DNA of 64,000 nucleotides from the NCBI GenBank assembly GCA_030704615.1, contig CM060733.1, positions 11,408,001 through 11,472,000 of the forward strand, written 5' to 3'. The notes under the pieces were generated by a model. That model saw only the letters and a list, made by a program, of their open reading frames with translations. It was not told where the DNA came from and did no database searches. This stretch comes from Takakia lepidozioides (lineage: Eukaryota; Plantae; Bryophyta). Position numbers and translations under genes: made by a program. Positions 38,681-51,732 of the stretch are shown one piece after another (the first letter of the stretch is position 1; each line of letters begins with the position of its first letter).

Positions 38681-41600
38681 TTGTTTGGGGTGGATCCCCT
38701 TTCGAGAATTATGGGCTATCAGTTTGGGGATTCCTCTGTGAATCGTAACTTTTTGTCAGTGTACGAAAACATGTCCAGGGAGCGAGATAGACTTGTTCAA
38801 TTTCATTCCAATGCAGGTAGTCTTCCACTGACTGACACTGTAGATGACGATGGGTTTGCAGTTGTTCATGAGGATGAGCTGGTTACAGTGTTCCCTCTGG
38901 AATTGGGTTCTATGCTTGTTCAAAAAGAGGTGTATGACGAGGATGGGAATTTGGATTCTGGGCACTTGGAGAAACCATTGGTTGGCGAGTGTGGAAGAAA
39001 GTGGAGAGTCCTTCCAGGCACATACCGGGTCCTTGGAAAAGAGAGAAGACAATCAGCAGGATCAGTAGTTACCCCTGGCACTGCAGCATCGGTCGTGCAG
39101 CAGAATGGCACAGTTCATGTGAAACAAGAGGTGAGCACATCCACTACATTCGTGACTCTTTCAGACTCGTCCTCGGAGGATGTTTCTGAGATTCCTCCGC
39201 CAATGCAGACTCCATTCTTGGATGATGACGAGTTGCAGGAGATAACGAGTGTCATTCCAAAATTGAAAGCCCTCGCAGGGGTGCCTGGATGCAAGAGCGA
39301 GCTGCGTTTTGTTGATTGGGAGTCCCTTCGTGTGCAGCGGGTTCAATACGTGCCAGCAGAGTTTGATGGGGACATCTTGTTTGAGCTCAACCCTCCCACG
39401 TCTTTCAGTGGACTAGCTGGGCTTCTGCAGGGCATGGACAAGAAACATGACGGACACCCTTGGTGCAAGACAAAAACGTCGAACATCCACAACGACATTG
39501 GATTGAAATTTTGAAGATCGGTCGGCGTTGGGCATTGTAAGTGCGTGAATATTTCTTGCCCTCGCCTGAGAAACAGCGCTAAACCAAACGAAAGTGAGTG
39601 GGAAGGTGTGCCCTTGAATCCTTTCACCCCAGGGCTTGCCCCTCCCAAGACCAATACTTTTGTGTGCAGGTTCTGCAAACTTTCCCCGTCTTGTGTTTCT
39701 GTGTGCCACGCTCATATGTACCAGGTGGCACACCGATGCAAGACAATGACTCGTGCCCGCATTCATATGGGTACACACGAGCATCCTGTGTCCAAAGGAA
39801 GTTGCAGGGATAGCGTGGACATCGCTAGAAATCTGCTGAAGCAGGAGTTCCACAATGCCCTTTGTGCAACACCTTCTGCTATAGCGCTTGCAGCTAGCAA
39901 GGCACTCCTGGAAAAACACATATTGGGTGAAGGGGATGCGACACAACCAATGCTGGATGCAAATTTGCTTGAGGCAGTGATGGACCATTTCTCCGTGTTG
40001 AGCTCTCCCAATATTCAAAACCAGGTGAATGCACTCAGAATGGGCATAGGCACTGCTGGATTCATGGACAACATTATGGACCTCAAACGGAGGAGTCGCT
40101 ATGAATTCATTCAAAACATTATCTTCCCTGGCAGGGCTCGTCCAAGGTGTATTTGTTCAAGATGTCCACAGTGGGCGAAGACAGTGGTGTGAGCATTGTC
40201 CGCCGAATGCAACCTGGAGGAGATTTGGCAAAATGTTGGTTAATGTTTGATCACTGCAAACGGGTGAAGGGTTGGACAACCATGGCGTGCCATGTGTACG
40301 ATCCAGCGTACCAACGTGTGCTCTCCATAGCAATTTGTGATATGCAGTCGGAGGACACTGAATCCCAGATGCTCATGTGGAATTCGCTCCTGGCCGTCAT
40401 GCAGCGCAATGGAATACAGAACACAAATTTTGCGGGCTTCATGGCTGATAGTGCACAGGCAAATTTCAATGCAGTGCGGCGCGTGTTTGGTTCGGGGGAT
40501 CCTAAGGTCCCAATGGAAAATAGGGAGCGCACATGCCTCTTCCATTGGAGTCAATCTCTGGCACGTCATACAAAGCGCTGCATTCGCCCTGACCTTCAGT
40601 TGGAGCACAGAAGGCTCTGCCTCAAGTACAAAAATGCCACCTCAATGGGAGAAGCTGAGAGCACTTACCAAGCAATCCGGGCTTGGTGGTTCTCCTTTGG
40701 TGCTGCTACTGCTATCCACCTGAAGGAGTTGGAGGACTGGTTGGTTTTCTGGCACTTCAGGTACAGACAGTGGGGAATCATGACGACGGTAAGCCTCTTC
40801 AATCCCAGAAACACAAATTTCACTTTGCATCATGCCTATTCATTTGGGGTTGTTGGATTGTCACTTGCAGAATCTCTTCCATTTCCTTTCGTTCCTCACA
40901 TTTCCATGCAATGCCTCTTGCAAGGACATGTCCTTGGAGGACTTGGCCGACATGCCATCCTATAATTTGGCGGAGACTGTTCACAACGCCTGGATGCAGC
41001 AGTCTACCAAAGCAGGACCTGACTTGTATGTGGCCACTGCTGATGACATGGTGCGGGCACTTACACAACAAACCAGCTACCGCAATTTTCTGATGGGACG
41101 GGGCGGAGGCAAGGGCCCTGATACAACTTTGTTGATGCTAAGGGCTGCGAGTAGGTCCGGAGACCCATCGAAGATGGCCAGAGCTCTAAACAGGTGCACT
41201 GAAGGCTCCCCTTTGCAATCCAGGCTCCCCCATTTGGAAGGCGAGGAAAGATTTTGGATCATGCAAAAGGAAATTGAACACTCCTCCAGGGTCGGATGGA
41301 GATTCCCATCGGCCGGACAGGGTCAATTTCTCTGTACCAAGGGTGTCTCTAGTGCAGACTAAGTCGTGTGCCCGCCCCTTCCCAGGTGGGTCCTCCTCCA
41401 GTGGAGTGCAGATCATGCAAGCACAGCAGCAGGAATCCCATTGGAGGAGGTGGTGGCCATGGTGCATGAATCTGATTGCATTGATAGTGAGTGGCATATA
41501 GAACGCACCCCACCAGGATCTAGAGTGGCTTGCATGGCAATTCGGACCCCCTCTTTCAAGAAATGCAAATAAAAAATATGCAAAGGCTCCAGGGGGACTC

Positions 41601-42334
41601 CAGCTCCAACATTCACAGGGTTGTTCCGACCTTATCATAGTGGGGAGTCAAAGGACCACAAGTTCTGGTTCTGCCCAGACGATATGGCACGATGCGTCAA
41701 GGGAACAGTTCGTCCTTCGGTGATAATGAAGCCCCCTCCCCTCGCAATTTGGCCTGTGAAACTTGGGACGTCACTGTCATCAACCGAGATAAGCATGTTG
41801 GAGGAGGGAGGGTTCTGTCTTGCACGGTCCCGGGTGGTGCCCTCATGCACTGTCGGCACAGATGTGCCACATGCTCCGGCAATGCCTCCACCCGGTGTCA
41901 ACTCCCACCCAACAAAAAGAGATGGAAAAACAGTGCGTCGTGTCGCTTCGGGTGCAGATCATGAATGCAAGATGGAATCGGCTAGAATTTTGCAGGTTCG
42001 GGTGACTCGTATCACCAAAGTCCCTGCCCTAGGGTATGGACGGATTTACACAGTGCTGTCTATTGGCTCAGTTCTTCATGGCAAAGAATATCAGGTTACC
42101 GTGGGGAATTTCCCTACGTGCACTTGTCCGGATTTTGTAACGATGCGTGAGGCTGCTCTCGGCATGAGAGGGAAGTGGGTCCCCTGCAAGCATCAATATT
42201 ACATATACTTTGTAATTATGTGCTGTGACGGTAAGAGAGACCAATTCATTCACCAAGCCACACTAGGCTACGGAGAAGTAATCACCATTCTGCAGCGGGA
42301 CACCTCACGTAGGGCTCCGCCAAATTCTCTTTGA
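38681..42334 (+). mobile_element. MULE (Mutator-like) transposase pseudogene with C-terminal SWIM finger
   Basis: WLMFDH, GFMADSAQAN, CLFHW and SYNLAETVH give the D-D-CxxH-E pattern. SWIM is YQVTVGNFPTCTCPDF...CKH. A Cys/His-rich N-terminal region ends in HMGTHEHP. One intron lies at about 40789-40924; stops and frameshifts are present. Confidence 0.85.
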
Positions 42335-42729
42335 ATACATACGAGCCATGCCCACTTCCCATGCTGGTTTCCAGGTTACCGTGTAAAGACTTTGCATTTA
42401 GAACAAACACATACATTTCGTTCACGGATCCAGGGCAAATGCACATGCCATTCATTGTAAGCGTCTATCTGTGAATTGAAATAAAGTGTGTCAATCATTC
42501 TGAGCTCAAATCTGCCATATTTTCATATTCCTCTTTTTGTGCAGGCATTGCAGACATGGTGCATGGTGGCCCCCTTTGTTTTTTCCACAGTAATAGGCCC
42601 TCTTCCTGTAATCCTCGCCTATAGGACCTGCTTCTCCAGTAGATTTGTGCCGCTCACGCTTTGCAGTTACAACGTGAGCTCAGCTCCCAGGCTCACGGGG
42701 CTGGGCTCACGCCGTAGCTACGCTGGGCC

Positions 42730-45644
42730 ATGGAGGAGCCACACGAGCCCCAATTTTTGCTCTACGTAAGACATGTGAGGGGAGAAGGCAATAGGGAGCT
42801 GAGCCCAGATTGGATCAAGGGGATTTTGGAGAAATACCAGGATGTGATGCCGGAGGATTTACTAAGCGGCTTGCCACCGCGAAGAGGAGTTGACCACAAG
42901 ATTGAGGTGATACCAGGATTGGAGCCGCCTGCCAAGGCGCCCTACCGGTTGAGCCATAGAGAGTTGGTCGAGCTGAAGGCTCAGCTCAAGGATCTAGTGT
43001 CAAAGGGTTACATCCGGCCGAGTAAGTCATCCTATAGAGCCCCGGTGCTATTCGCAAACAAGAAGGATGGGACGCTGCGGATGTGTGTTGATTATAGGGC
43101 TCTGAATAAGGTGACTATCAAGAACCGGTACCCTTTGCCAAGGATTGACGACCTTTTCGATCGGTTGGCAGGAGCGAAGTATTTCAGCCGGATCGATTTG
43201 CGCTCCGGCTACCATAAAATCCGAGTGGCGGAAGAAGATGAGGAGAAGACTGCGTGTAGGACAAGATATGGTTCGTATGAGTTCTTGGTGATGCCTTTTG
43301 GACTCACCAACGCACCCGCAACCTTTAGCACGCTAATGAACAGCCTTTTCCAGGAGTGGTTGGATGACTTTGTGATCGTGTACATTGACGACATCTTGGT
43401 GTACTCGAAAACAAAGGAAGAGCACCTGGAGCACCTCAAAAGGGTGTTCCAGAAATTACGGGAAGGGAAGCTGTATGCCAAAACTTCAAAGTGCGAATTC
43501 GGGGTCACAAAAGTGGAGTTCCTAGGGCATGTGATTACATAGGATGGGATCAAAATGGATAACAGAAATGTGAGGGCGATCTTGGACTGGGAGCCTCCGA
43601 CTTCGGTCCCGGGAGTGCAATCCTTCCTAGGACTCGCCTCCTATTACCGAAAGTATGTGAGAAATTTCGCCAAGATCGCGGGGCCGCTGTCGGACTTTCT
43701 GTGTAAATCCAAGGTATGGGTATGGAACACTTTTTGTGGCCAAGCTTTTGCCGAGTTGAAGCATCGGATGGCGGAAGCTCCGGTCCTGAAAATCCCGGAG
43801 TTCGACCGTCCATTTGAGATTCATACAGATGCGTCGGACTTCGCAATTGGGGGTGTACTCATGCAGAATGGACGTCCAGTGGCTTACAAAAGTAAGAAAC
43901 TGACTGAAGTGGAGCGACGGTGGCCTACGCACGAGAAGGAAATGAAGGCGGTGGTGCATTGCCTTGAGCTTTGGCGCCACTATGTTGGTTCCAACCCGGT
44001 GAAGGTGTTCACGGACAATGTCACGGTGAAGTCTTTTGCCACACAGCCTAAGTTATCCCCAAAACAACTTAGCTGGCAAGATACTTTGGCGGTGTTCGAC
44101 GTGGATATCCAGTACAAACCGGGACGGGACAATGTGGTGGCCGATGCTTTAAGTAGAAAGCAACAGCTCATGTTGGTGTACAGGGCGAGATGACGCTCCA
44201 AAAGAAGATCTGGAAGGCTTACCGGAAGGATGAGATGGCGAGGTCCGCGATGCGGGACTTGAGGATGGGGTTAAATCGCAGTTCCACTTGCAAAATGGAC
44301 TGCTCCGGTATAAGCAAAAGCGTCTCTACGTGCCGAAAGGAGGGATCAGAGATAGTCTCTTGAGAGAATGTCATGATGGCCCGCTTGCGGGCCACAGCGG
44401 AGCCAAGCGCACCGCGACACTCTTGAAGAAAGAGTATTTCTGGCCCAAACTGAGGGAGGAGGCCGATGAGTATGTCAAGACATGCACCACATGCCAACAA
44501 AACCGGAGCGAGTACAAAAAGCAAACGGGGCTGTTACAACCCTTGCCGATTCCAGAGGGGTCTTGGGAAAGTGTCTCGATGGATTTCATGACTGCTATGC
44601 CGCTGTCAAAAAGATTCGATGTGAGTATGGTGGTGGTGGATAGGTTCAGTAAAATGGGCCATTTCATCCCCATCAAGGAGACGGCAACGGCGCAGGAAAC
44701 GGGGCGACTTTACTTCATCCACATCCTCAAGCATCATGGACTCCCGAAGGATATTGTCTCGGACCGCGATCCAAAGAGTACGAGTAAATTTTGGAGGGCG
44801 CTTTGGAAGAAGATGGGGACGAGGCTCAAGATGAGCACCGCCTTACGACCTACGACGGACGGCCAAACGGAAAGAGTGAATTCTGTGATGAAGCAGATTT
44901 TGCGGAATTACGTGTCGGCAGACCAATCAGACTGGGTAGAGCACTTGGACGCGACATAGTTATGTTATAATAACACAAAACACTCCGCAACGGGATTTTC
45001 CCCTTTCGTATTGGTCTATGGAAAAGCACCTATGGTGCTGACAAGTTGGGCGGCCCAGGACGTTGAGGAACCGGCAGTAGCGGCGATACTGGAAGAACGC
45101 GAGCGTTTGTTGAAGCTCGCAAAGTACAACATTTCCAAAGCTAAGAAACGGTATGAACGGCAGACGAATCGGAAGCGGAGGGAAGTTAAGTTTGAGGCAG
45201 GCACGGAGGTCTGGTTGAACATCAAGAATTTCTGACTATCTCCGGAAGTGAGTCCGAAGTTCGTACCTCCGTATGCGGGACCCTTTCGCATCCGGAAGGT
45301 TATGAATGAGGATGTGTATGAATTGGAGCTGCCGGCAAACAGCAATGTGCATCCGGTATTCCACGTCTCCCTTTTGAAGCCTTATTTCAAAGATGAAGCG
45401 CGTTCGAATCGGCATCAAGTGTTGCGTCCGCCACTTGTGCTGTTGATCATGAAAATGAACCTGAGTACGAGTGGAGGCAATGCTTAAGTCGAGGAGGTTC
45501 AAGAATCAAGAAACTGAGTATCTCGTGAAATGGAAGGGCTATCATCATGTGGAGGCATCTTGGGTGCATGCCTCAGAAATGGAAAACGCATCCGAGGCGG
45601 TTGCAGCTTTCGAAGGGCGACCTCAAAAGCGGAAGAAGCGTTGA
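42730..45644 (+). mobile_element. Ty3/Gypsy chromovirus pol (RT, RNase H, integrase, chromodomain), degenerate and 5' truncated
   Basis: [28 protein letters not shown] zinc finger, SMDF/SDRD/ERVN, GPF motif, and EYEVE...YLVKWKGY...SW. Confidence 0.95.
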
Positions 45645-45678
45645 TGGGGACATCAACCTTGGAGCGCGGGGGAGGAAA

Positions 45679-46430
45679 TGTATGCTTAGCCCGGCTTAGC
45701 TAGCTCGGGAATCCGATTGCAAAAACTTGTATTGTACAAATTTTGTTATAAATGAAATGATTTCCAAATGTCGTGCGTCCTATTTTGTTTGGAATGGTGA
45801 TGCATGGTATGGTTTGTTAGTGTGTAGAATGCACGCTAGCTTACAAAAGTGGGAGAGGTAAATTGGATTAATCGTGTGTTTGAGTAGTGTCACAATCGGG
45901 TGACTCCCATCCAAGGGGCAAGGAAACTTGCGCCTTCTTTCGGAGTTCACGTGCTAGTGCGCACCTAGCGCGTGCGCGTACTATAACTGCGCTACCGAGG
46001 GGGTTGCCTTGTAGTGCGGGTTAACGCGGAAGCTACGTGCTTCCGTTCACGTACTATAATCATATAGCCTCGGGACGAAGTCGTAGTGCGGCTTTGGCAT
46101 GTTCCCATACCTCAGGCCAGCATTCCAAGGCGGACCCAATTGTAGTGATTGGGGCGCACGGTTGGTTCAAGGTTATCTTCATAGTAAAAAAAGGTTTAAG
46201 GTGAACCCTTGCTCAAGGTGATGTCAAAAGCGGCATCATGAGCGGTCGCAAGCAATGTTGTTGCAGTAAAGCGATTAGATCCTTGGGGAGGATCGTTCCT
46301 TGGCCTTGAAGTGGGCCAAGAAGAGTGCACTGGGAGGAGCATGAGAGGCTCCACCCTTGGCCGGGACTTGGAGGAAGTCGGCCGAACTAGCTAGTGGAGA
46401 GTAGAGTCAAGTGTGGGGTCACTCTTATGT
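45679..46430 (+). mobile_element. Probable 3' LTR of the chromovirus (right end not defined)
   Basis: Purine tract GGGGGAGGAAA directly followed by TG just after the pol stop. Confidence 0.6.
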
Positions 46431-46450
46431 TTTGGGGGGGGGGGGGGGGG

Positions 46451-48052
46451 GGTTTAGCGATGCCCCGGCGACCTCCAACCGCCGCGATTAACGACGGAAA
46501 TACTCTACGAGGCCCGGGGCGCGCCGGGGGCATTTTGCGACGTCGGGAAGTCGTAGAGACGTCGCTCCCGGAACGTCGCTAATTAGCGTCGTCGGGGAAT
46601 CGCAAACCCCCTGGGGCCTCCCGGCCGCGGCGCCGACGCGACTTGGGACGTCCGGGCATCGCAAAAAATAAAATAAAAATAAAAATAAAAATTCTGCGAC
46701 GTTTTTTCTACGACGTCGCATTAGGGACGTCCGGGGGTCGTAAATGCGACCCCCAGACGTCACAATAGGGGGTATATGGGTGAATGCAGGGTTGACTGGA
46801 CCAAAATGGACGTTACCAGCACAGTTTTAGATGACTGCAATTGATGGTGTCATCAATTGAAATTGAATTAACTCATTAAAACCAAAAAATATATATGTCA
46901 TTGGATTCCTAGCTTCAATACGCACCCATAGCAACTCTCTAATCATGAATCCGATAAGAAATGACTCCGCTATGGACTTTTGAACACCGTCATTGTGGAC
47001 TGTTACCGCAATGAATGGAATTACAATGGACTCAAGTTCTCCTATGTGCCATTGGTGAATTCCATTGAAATTTGGACATAACGTGGCCATTTTGGTCCAC
47101 ATCATAGGTATGTATTTGAAGTGGCAAAATCATTTGTCATTTGACTCATATGGACTAATATATGTAAAAACAATAGGCGTTTTTTGAAAAGTCCATAGCT
47201 CATATTGTTTTTTGGATTTTGGGTGTCATTTTTTTTTCTAGAAGTATAAAAACCTATAATCTTCAATGGCTAGGTGTCATATTGAAATGTTTTTGTAAAC
47301 TCTATTTTTTTTCCATAATTTCTCTAAATAATAGACTAAAATGTTTAATGAATTATATCTTTAATATTTGGGGTAGGACTCTTTACTAAATATGTTCAGT
47401 ATACCATTATCTATCATTAAAAAAAAAATTGGGATAGTATCATCAATTTTATTTTATTTTGTCATGGACATTCATGGAGCAGGATCTGCCGTTTTTGGTC
47501 CACTCAACCCTGCAATTGCCCGTATTTGAATTTAGGTGGGAAAATTTGAATTTGAATTTTGAATTTCAAAAACTAGTTGACTATTGACTCGGCGTTGACC
47601 ATTGATTCTGGTTTTGTCCAATGGCAGTTCGTGCATTGTTCTACATATATTAGACAATGCATATTTGAACCTAGGACCTCCATATTATAACAGTTCTAAG
47701 ACACTGCACACTAATCAACAAATCTACAATACATCTATGTATCACAAAAGCAGTCCAAGTATATATATACATATCAAGAGTTAGCTCCTAGTGACTACCA
47801 CTATCTCAATCCTATCATTGTGTTGCAGATTATGCGTACTCTACAGGAGCTCGCACAGCTGGAACTTGCACTGACACTTGTCCCCAGAGTTCTTCAAGAA
47901 CAAATATCTATCAATGGCCTAAGTTTTGTAAAGCTGCATTGCAACTTATTGTTGGACAATGGCTATAGTCTGAGGATGTCAAGCCCATTATGCTCTACAA
48001 TCTACTCCCAGAATCAATTTTCCACGATGCCCCCATGACGCCGGGGAATCGA
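46451..48052. mobile_element. Non-autonomous TIR element (hAT-like) with GC-rich subterminal motifs
   Basis: CGATGCCCCGGCGAC near 46458 pairs with inverted GACGCCGGGGAATCG near 48037; repeated GACGTC/CGTCG motifs. No TSD was resolved. Confidence 0.4.
46777..47522. mobile_element. MITE with TIRs of about 35 bp and TA target duplication (Tc1/mariner type)
   Basis: TA|TGGGTGAATGCAGGGTTGACTGGACCAAAA ... TTTTGGTCCACTCAACCCTGCAATTGCCCG|TA with an AT-rich interior. Confidence 0.8.
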
Positions 48053-48074
48053 AAAAAAAAAAAAAAAAACCGGA

Positions 48075-48707
48075 GAGACACCTTCAGATGGTGTTTGAGC
48101 GCTTGAGAGCGCATGGGTTGAAATTGCACCTTGGGAAGTGCAAGTTCTTCCACAACCAGATTGAGTATCTGGGCCAAATGCTATACCCTGGAGGATTGGG
48201 TGTTCAAAAGACGAAGGTGGAGGCCATTGCACGCATTCCACGCCCCATCGATGTTAGCAGAGTTCGTGCTTTCATGGGGTTGGCAAACTACTATCGACGG
48301 TTTGTCAAGGGATTTAGTAGCATTGCAAAGGCTCTTACCAAGTTGACCAAGGTGGGTTAGGAGTGGTAGTGGGAGGAGGAGCAAGAGGAAGCTTTTGAGG
48401 AACTCAAGACTCGATTGACTTCTGCGCCTATTCTGAGACGGCCTATTCGGGGGCGGTCTTTCCAGCTACGTACGGATTGGAGTATGTTGGGGATTGGAGT
48501 AGTGCTCACACAGGTAGATGATGAGGGAAGAGAGTTCATAGTGACATATGCTAGCCACTCGAACAATGATGCCGAGACGAAGTATAGTTCCTATGAATGG
48601 GAGTGTCTAGCTGTAGTATGGGCAGTGGCACATTTTAGATGCTACCTCTATGACAATCTCTTCACCCTTGTCACGGATCACCAACCATTGAAGTGGTTGA
48701 TGGAGTC
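48075..48707 (+). mobile_element. Ty3/Gypsy RT end and RNase H fragment
   Basis: GKCKFF...IEYLG, FMGLANYYRRFV, TDWS, ECLAVVWAV, TDHQPLKWLMES. Confidence 0.92.
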
Positions 48708-48928
48708 CCAGTACTCCAATCCAGCTTCCAGTACTCTAGTCCAGTTTCCAGCATTCCAGTATTTGCGTCGAGTTCCAGTATCTTGTACTCTTGTCCATTG
48801 TTATAAAGATGATCTTGATTCATGTTTACCCACCATGCATTCGGCCACGCCGACCTTGACTTCTTGTCTAGTCTTGTACCTCTAGTCTGATATCTTGTTT
48901 GTGTTCAGTCATGTTCTCGTCCTTGATA
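48708..48928 (+). mobile_element. Partial LTR of the same family as 1611-2197
   Basis: Close reverse complement of about 1611-1858, ending GTCCTTGATA. Confidence 0.9.
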
Positions 48929-49467
48929 GGGTGTGCTAACTTTCACCTCAATTCAGCTGTAGTTATCAAGATCAATGAAACAAAACAGTCTTTCTGATAA
49001 GCTGTCAGCCATATATTGAGAAAAAATAGTTCTCTTTCGTACATATAGGTCATTGGTACAATCTGAGTACAAAGGAAGAAATGCAAGAACCATACCTGAT
49101 GGTAGGAAAGAAAACTGTATAAGTCCCAAAATCGCGGATGTGCTTGAGTGAACTCCACCAGCTCTTGCCCACAACATACATCGCTATCCACCATACAATC
49201 TAAGCACACAATCCTAGAAAGCTATACCACAATCGCCCCCCTAGCTGGTGATTAGGTCCCTATAACACCAGATAACTGACAAGTATCATACCCTAATAAG
49301 ATCACTGCTTGGTCTTCAATTGCACAAGTCCCAGTATCCAAAGTTGATAGATCAAGAGGCCGGGTGCAAAAGTAGCCCCATCGTTAGTCGCCTTCCTGCA
49401 ATCCATGGCGTTGAAATCCCACTAGCTAGACCTTAAGTCCTTGTCAACCTCACCATTGTCATGTCCA

Positions 49468-51064
49468 CTATCTTTGTCCAAGGCATTGTGGACACAACCA
49501 TTCTCCACTAGGAACCTCCTCAAGTAGCGGTGTCAAGCATCCCATGTGCCACCCCCTTGAGCATTTATCACACACCAGCATGGTGGCTGCACCACCAGCA
49601 TGCCCATATAGCATGCAACGTAACCCTGCAGGTACCACTATAAGGTTGGGATCTATCATCCCATCCACATGTGGAAGGTGACATGGCGCACAATTACGCA
49701 CATGGTCCTTCCATACCATGCCATCTTGACCCTCCAGAATCAATACTCCTGAAAGCAACACCTCCCGTACCCGTAGAATCACACGCCCTGCTGTGACATC
49801 CAAGGTCGTAGGTGTTGTGTGCTGCAGATACACATAGTCCCCAGGGTTGAATCTCCGAATATCCGGTCGATATCTGCCTCCACGTATGGTGACATACCTC
49901 AATGTATTTCGGTGTTGGGCAATAGCAAGGTTCTCAAAAGCCATAGGCATGACTTTCTTTGAATAACTCTGCCCGTTGGTGACACGCTTGTGTCCACACA
50001 TCCGGATCATCAAGGTTGAGGACTACTGCAGTCTCTCTGCGAATAGATGCAGACAAATCTGGCTCTCCCAAAGAGAAGGAAATAAGGCGAGAACGAGGCA
50101 AGTGATGCTTGCTTGCTAAATTTGTAACCCATGGCCAACCAAAGTAGCTGAAGGTCCCAATCTCCCAAGTGTCCCTTCTGCAAGCCATACTTGCGCAAGC
50201 CTCGCTTGACTGTTTGCACAACCCTCTCGGCCAAGCCATCAGCCTCGGGATGATCCCTGAGAAGTAGTGCGGTGATCTATCAAGGCTTGCTCACACAAAG
50301 CTTGAAACTCCCCCAAGAACTCTCTCCCCTGGTCCGTGAGTACCTCGGCTGGAGTACCAAATTGGCTAAGCTACACTCGATCTAAGAATGTATACGTAGC
50401 CCCCTCACTTGCCTTGTCAGGCAATGCCACCAGTTCAATCCATTTGGAGAAATGTTCCACCATCGCAAGCATATACTTGTTATGCCGAATCGTTAGTGGC
50501 AATAGGCCTGCGAAATCAAGACTCCAACGATAGCCCAAACCCATAATGGGTAAAAGATGCAATTGTGGAGTAGGTGAAATATTGAAAGAAGCCCGCACTC
50601 TATCACACACCATGCACTTTGCCACTAACTGTTACACATCCGTGTGCATGCCCCGCCACCAATACTCTCCTTACAGCAAACTATGGGTGCGCCGCACCCC
50701 AAAATGTCCCATTTCCTCATGGGCATGGCGTACCAATCGCGCTTGTTGTGTTGGATGAGGCACAATCCTCACTCGTCCATCCTCCCATACTCGGAGTAGG
50801 TGAGTCCCCTCCCACTTGAACCTCTTGGCTCGTTGTAGGATCCAATCTCTCTCCTTAGCAGTCACATTGGCTGCTGTCTCTCTAGTACGAAGATAGGCCA
50901 ACACTGCTGCATCTTCATGTACATCCTTAGCACCACCAAGCTCCTCACTGATCTCTGGATCTTCATGCACACTATCTCTATGACCAAGCGCATGGGATGG
51001 ACCAGCTTGAGCTCCCATTGTTAGAATGCATAAAAAGACAGATGCGTGCCATCCTGGCACCATC
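49468..51064 (-). mobile_element. Ty3/Gypsy integrase with C-terminal PHD finger
   Basis: HEEMGHFG...CMVC, WSLDFAG, AERVVQTVK, then C-x2-(Y)...CDKC...HMGC...WLCPQC. Confidence 0.9.
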
Positions 51065-51519
51065 CACTACAACAGATTGCGGCTTTTATGACTCCCATGG
51101 GTGCGCAGTCATGACAGATTTGTGGCAGAAATGCCATTTGCAGTCGTAAAATGCTTTTGAAGTCATAATGCAGGTCTAGGGAAGGCGTATATGCGACTGC
51201 ATGGCTCCGGACTCTACGCAACACAGGTCAAACATGTTTGACCACGAATATTGGCATGGCAGATATGACTACCAGTCACGGTCATGGCTACATTGGAATG
51301 ACGTGTGTATATTGCTAGAAAGACATATGACTTCATGACTCTCACTCTAATGCATTCTGCCAGATCATCACATGGATGAATCACTACATGACTGCACATG
51401 TCGACACATGCTTTTCTGGTTATATATATAATATATGAGTATTTATATTTTGAAAAAATGGAGACTCTGACCACTAGAATCAAATTTTTTTTTTAAATGC
51501 AATTTAAAAAAAAAAAAAA

Positions 51520-51732
51520 CACATCGATTAGTAAGTGCACAGTGTGTCGCCCTGGTGGTTTGGGGTTCAAACCCGTTGCCTTATCCCGTGTGTAGGATTG
51601 TTCGTGACGGTATGTCTGGGCGTTATCGTCCTGTACGTCTTATGGCCCATAAATGAAGGCGGGTGAATTTTCCCCCCTCCTCAAGGGCCTGTGGTTTCCT
51701 TTAAGAAAAAAAAAAAAAAAAAAAAAAAAAAA
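51520..51732 (+). mobile_element. SINE-like insertion
   Basis: B-box-like GGTTCAAACCC and a poly(A) tail of about 27 nt. Confidence 0.45.
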
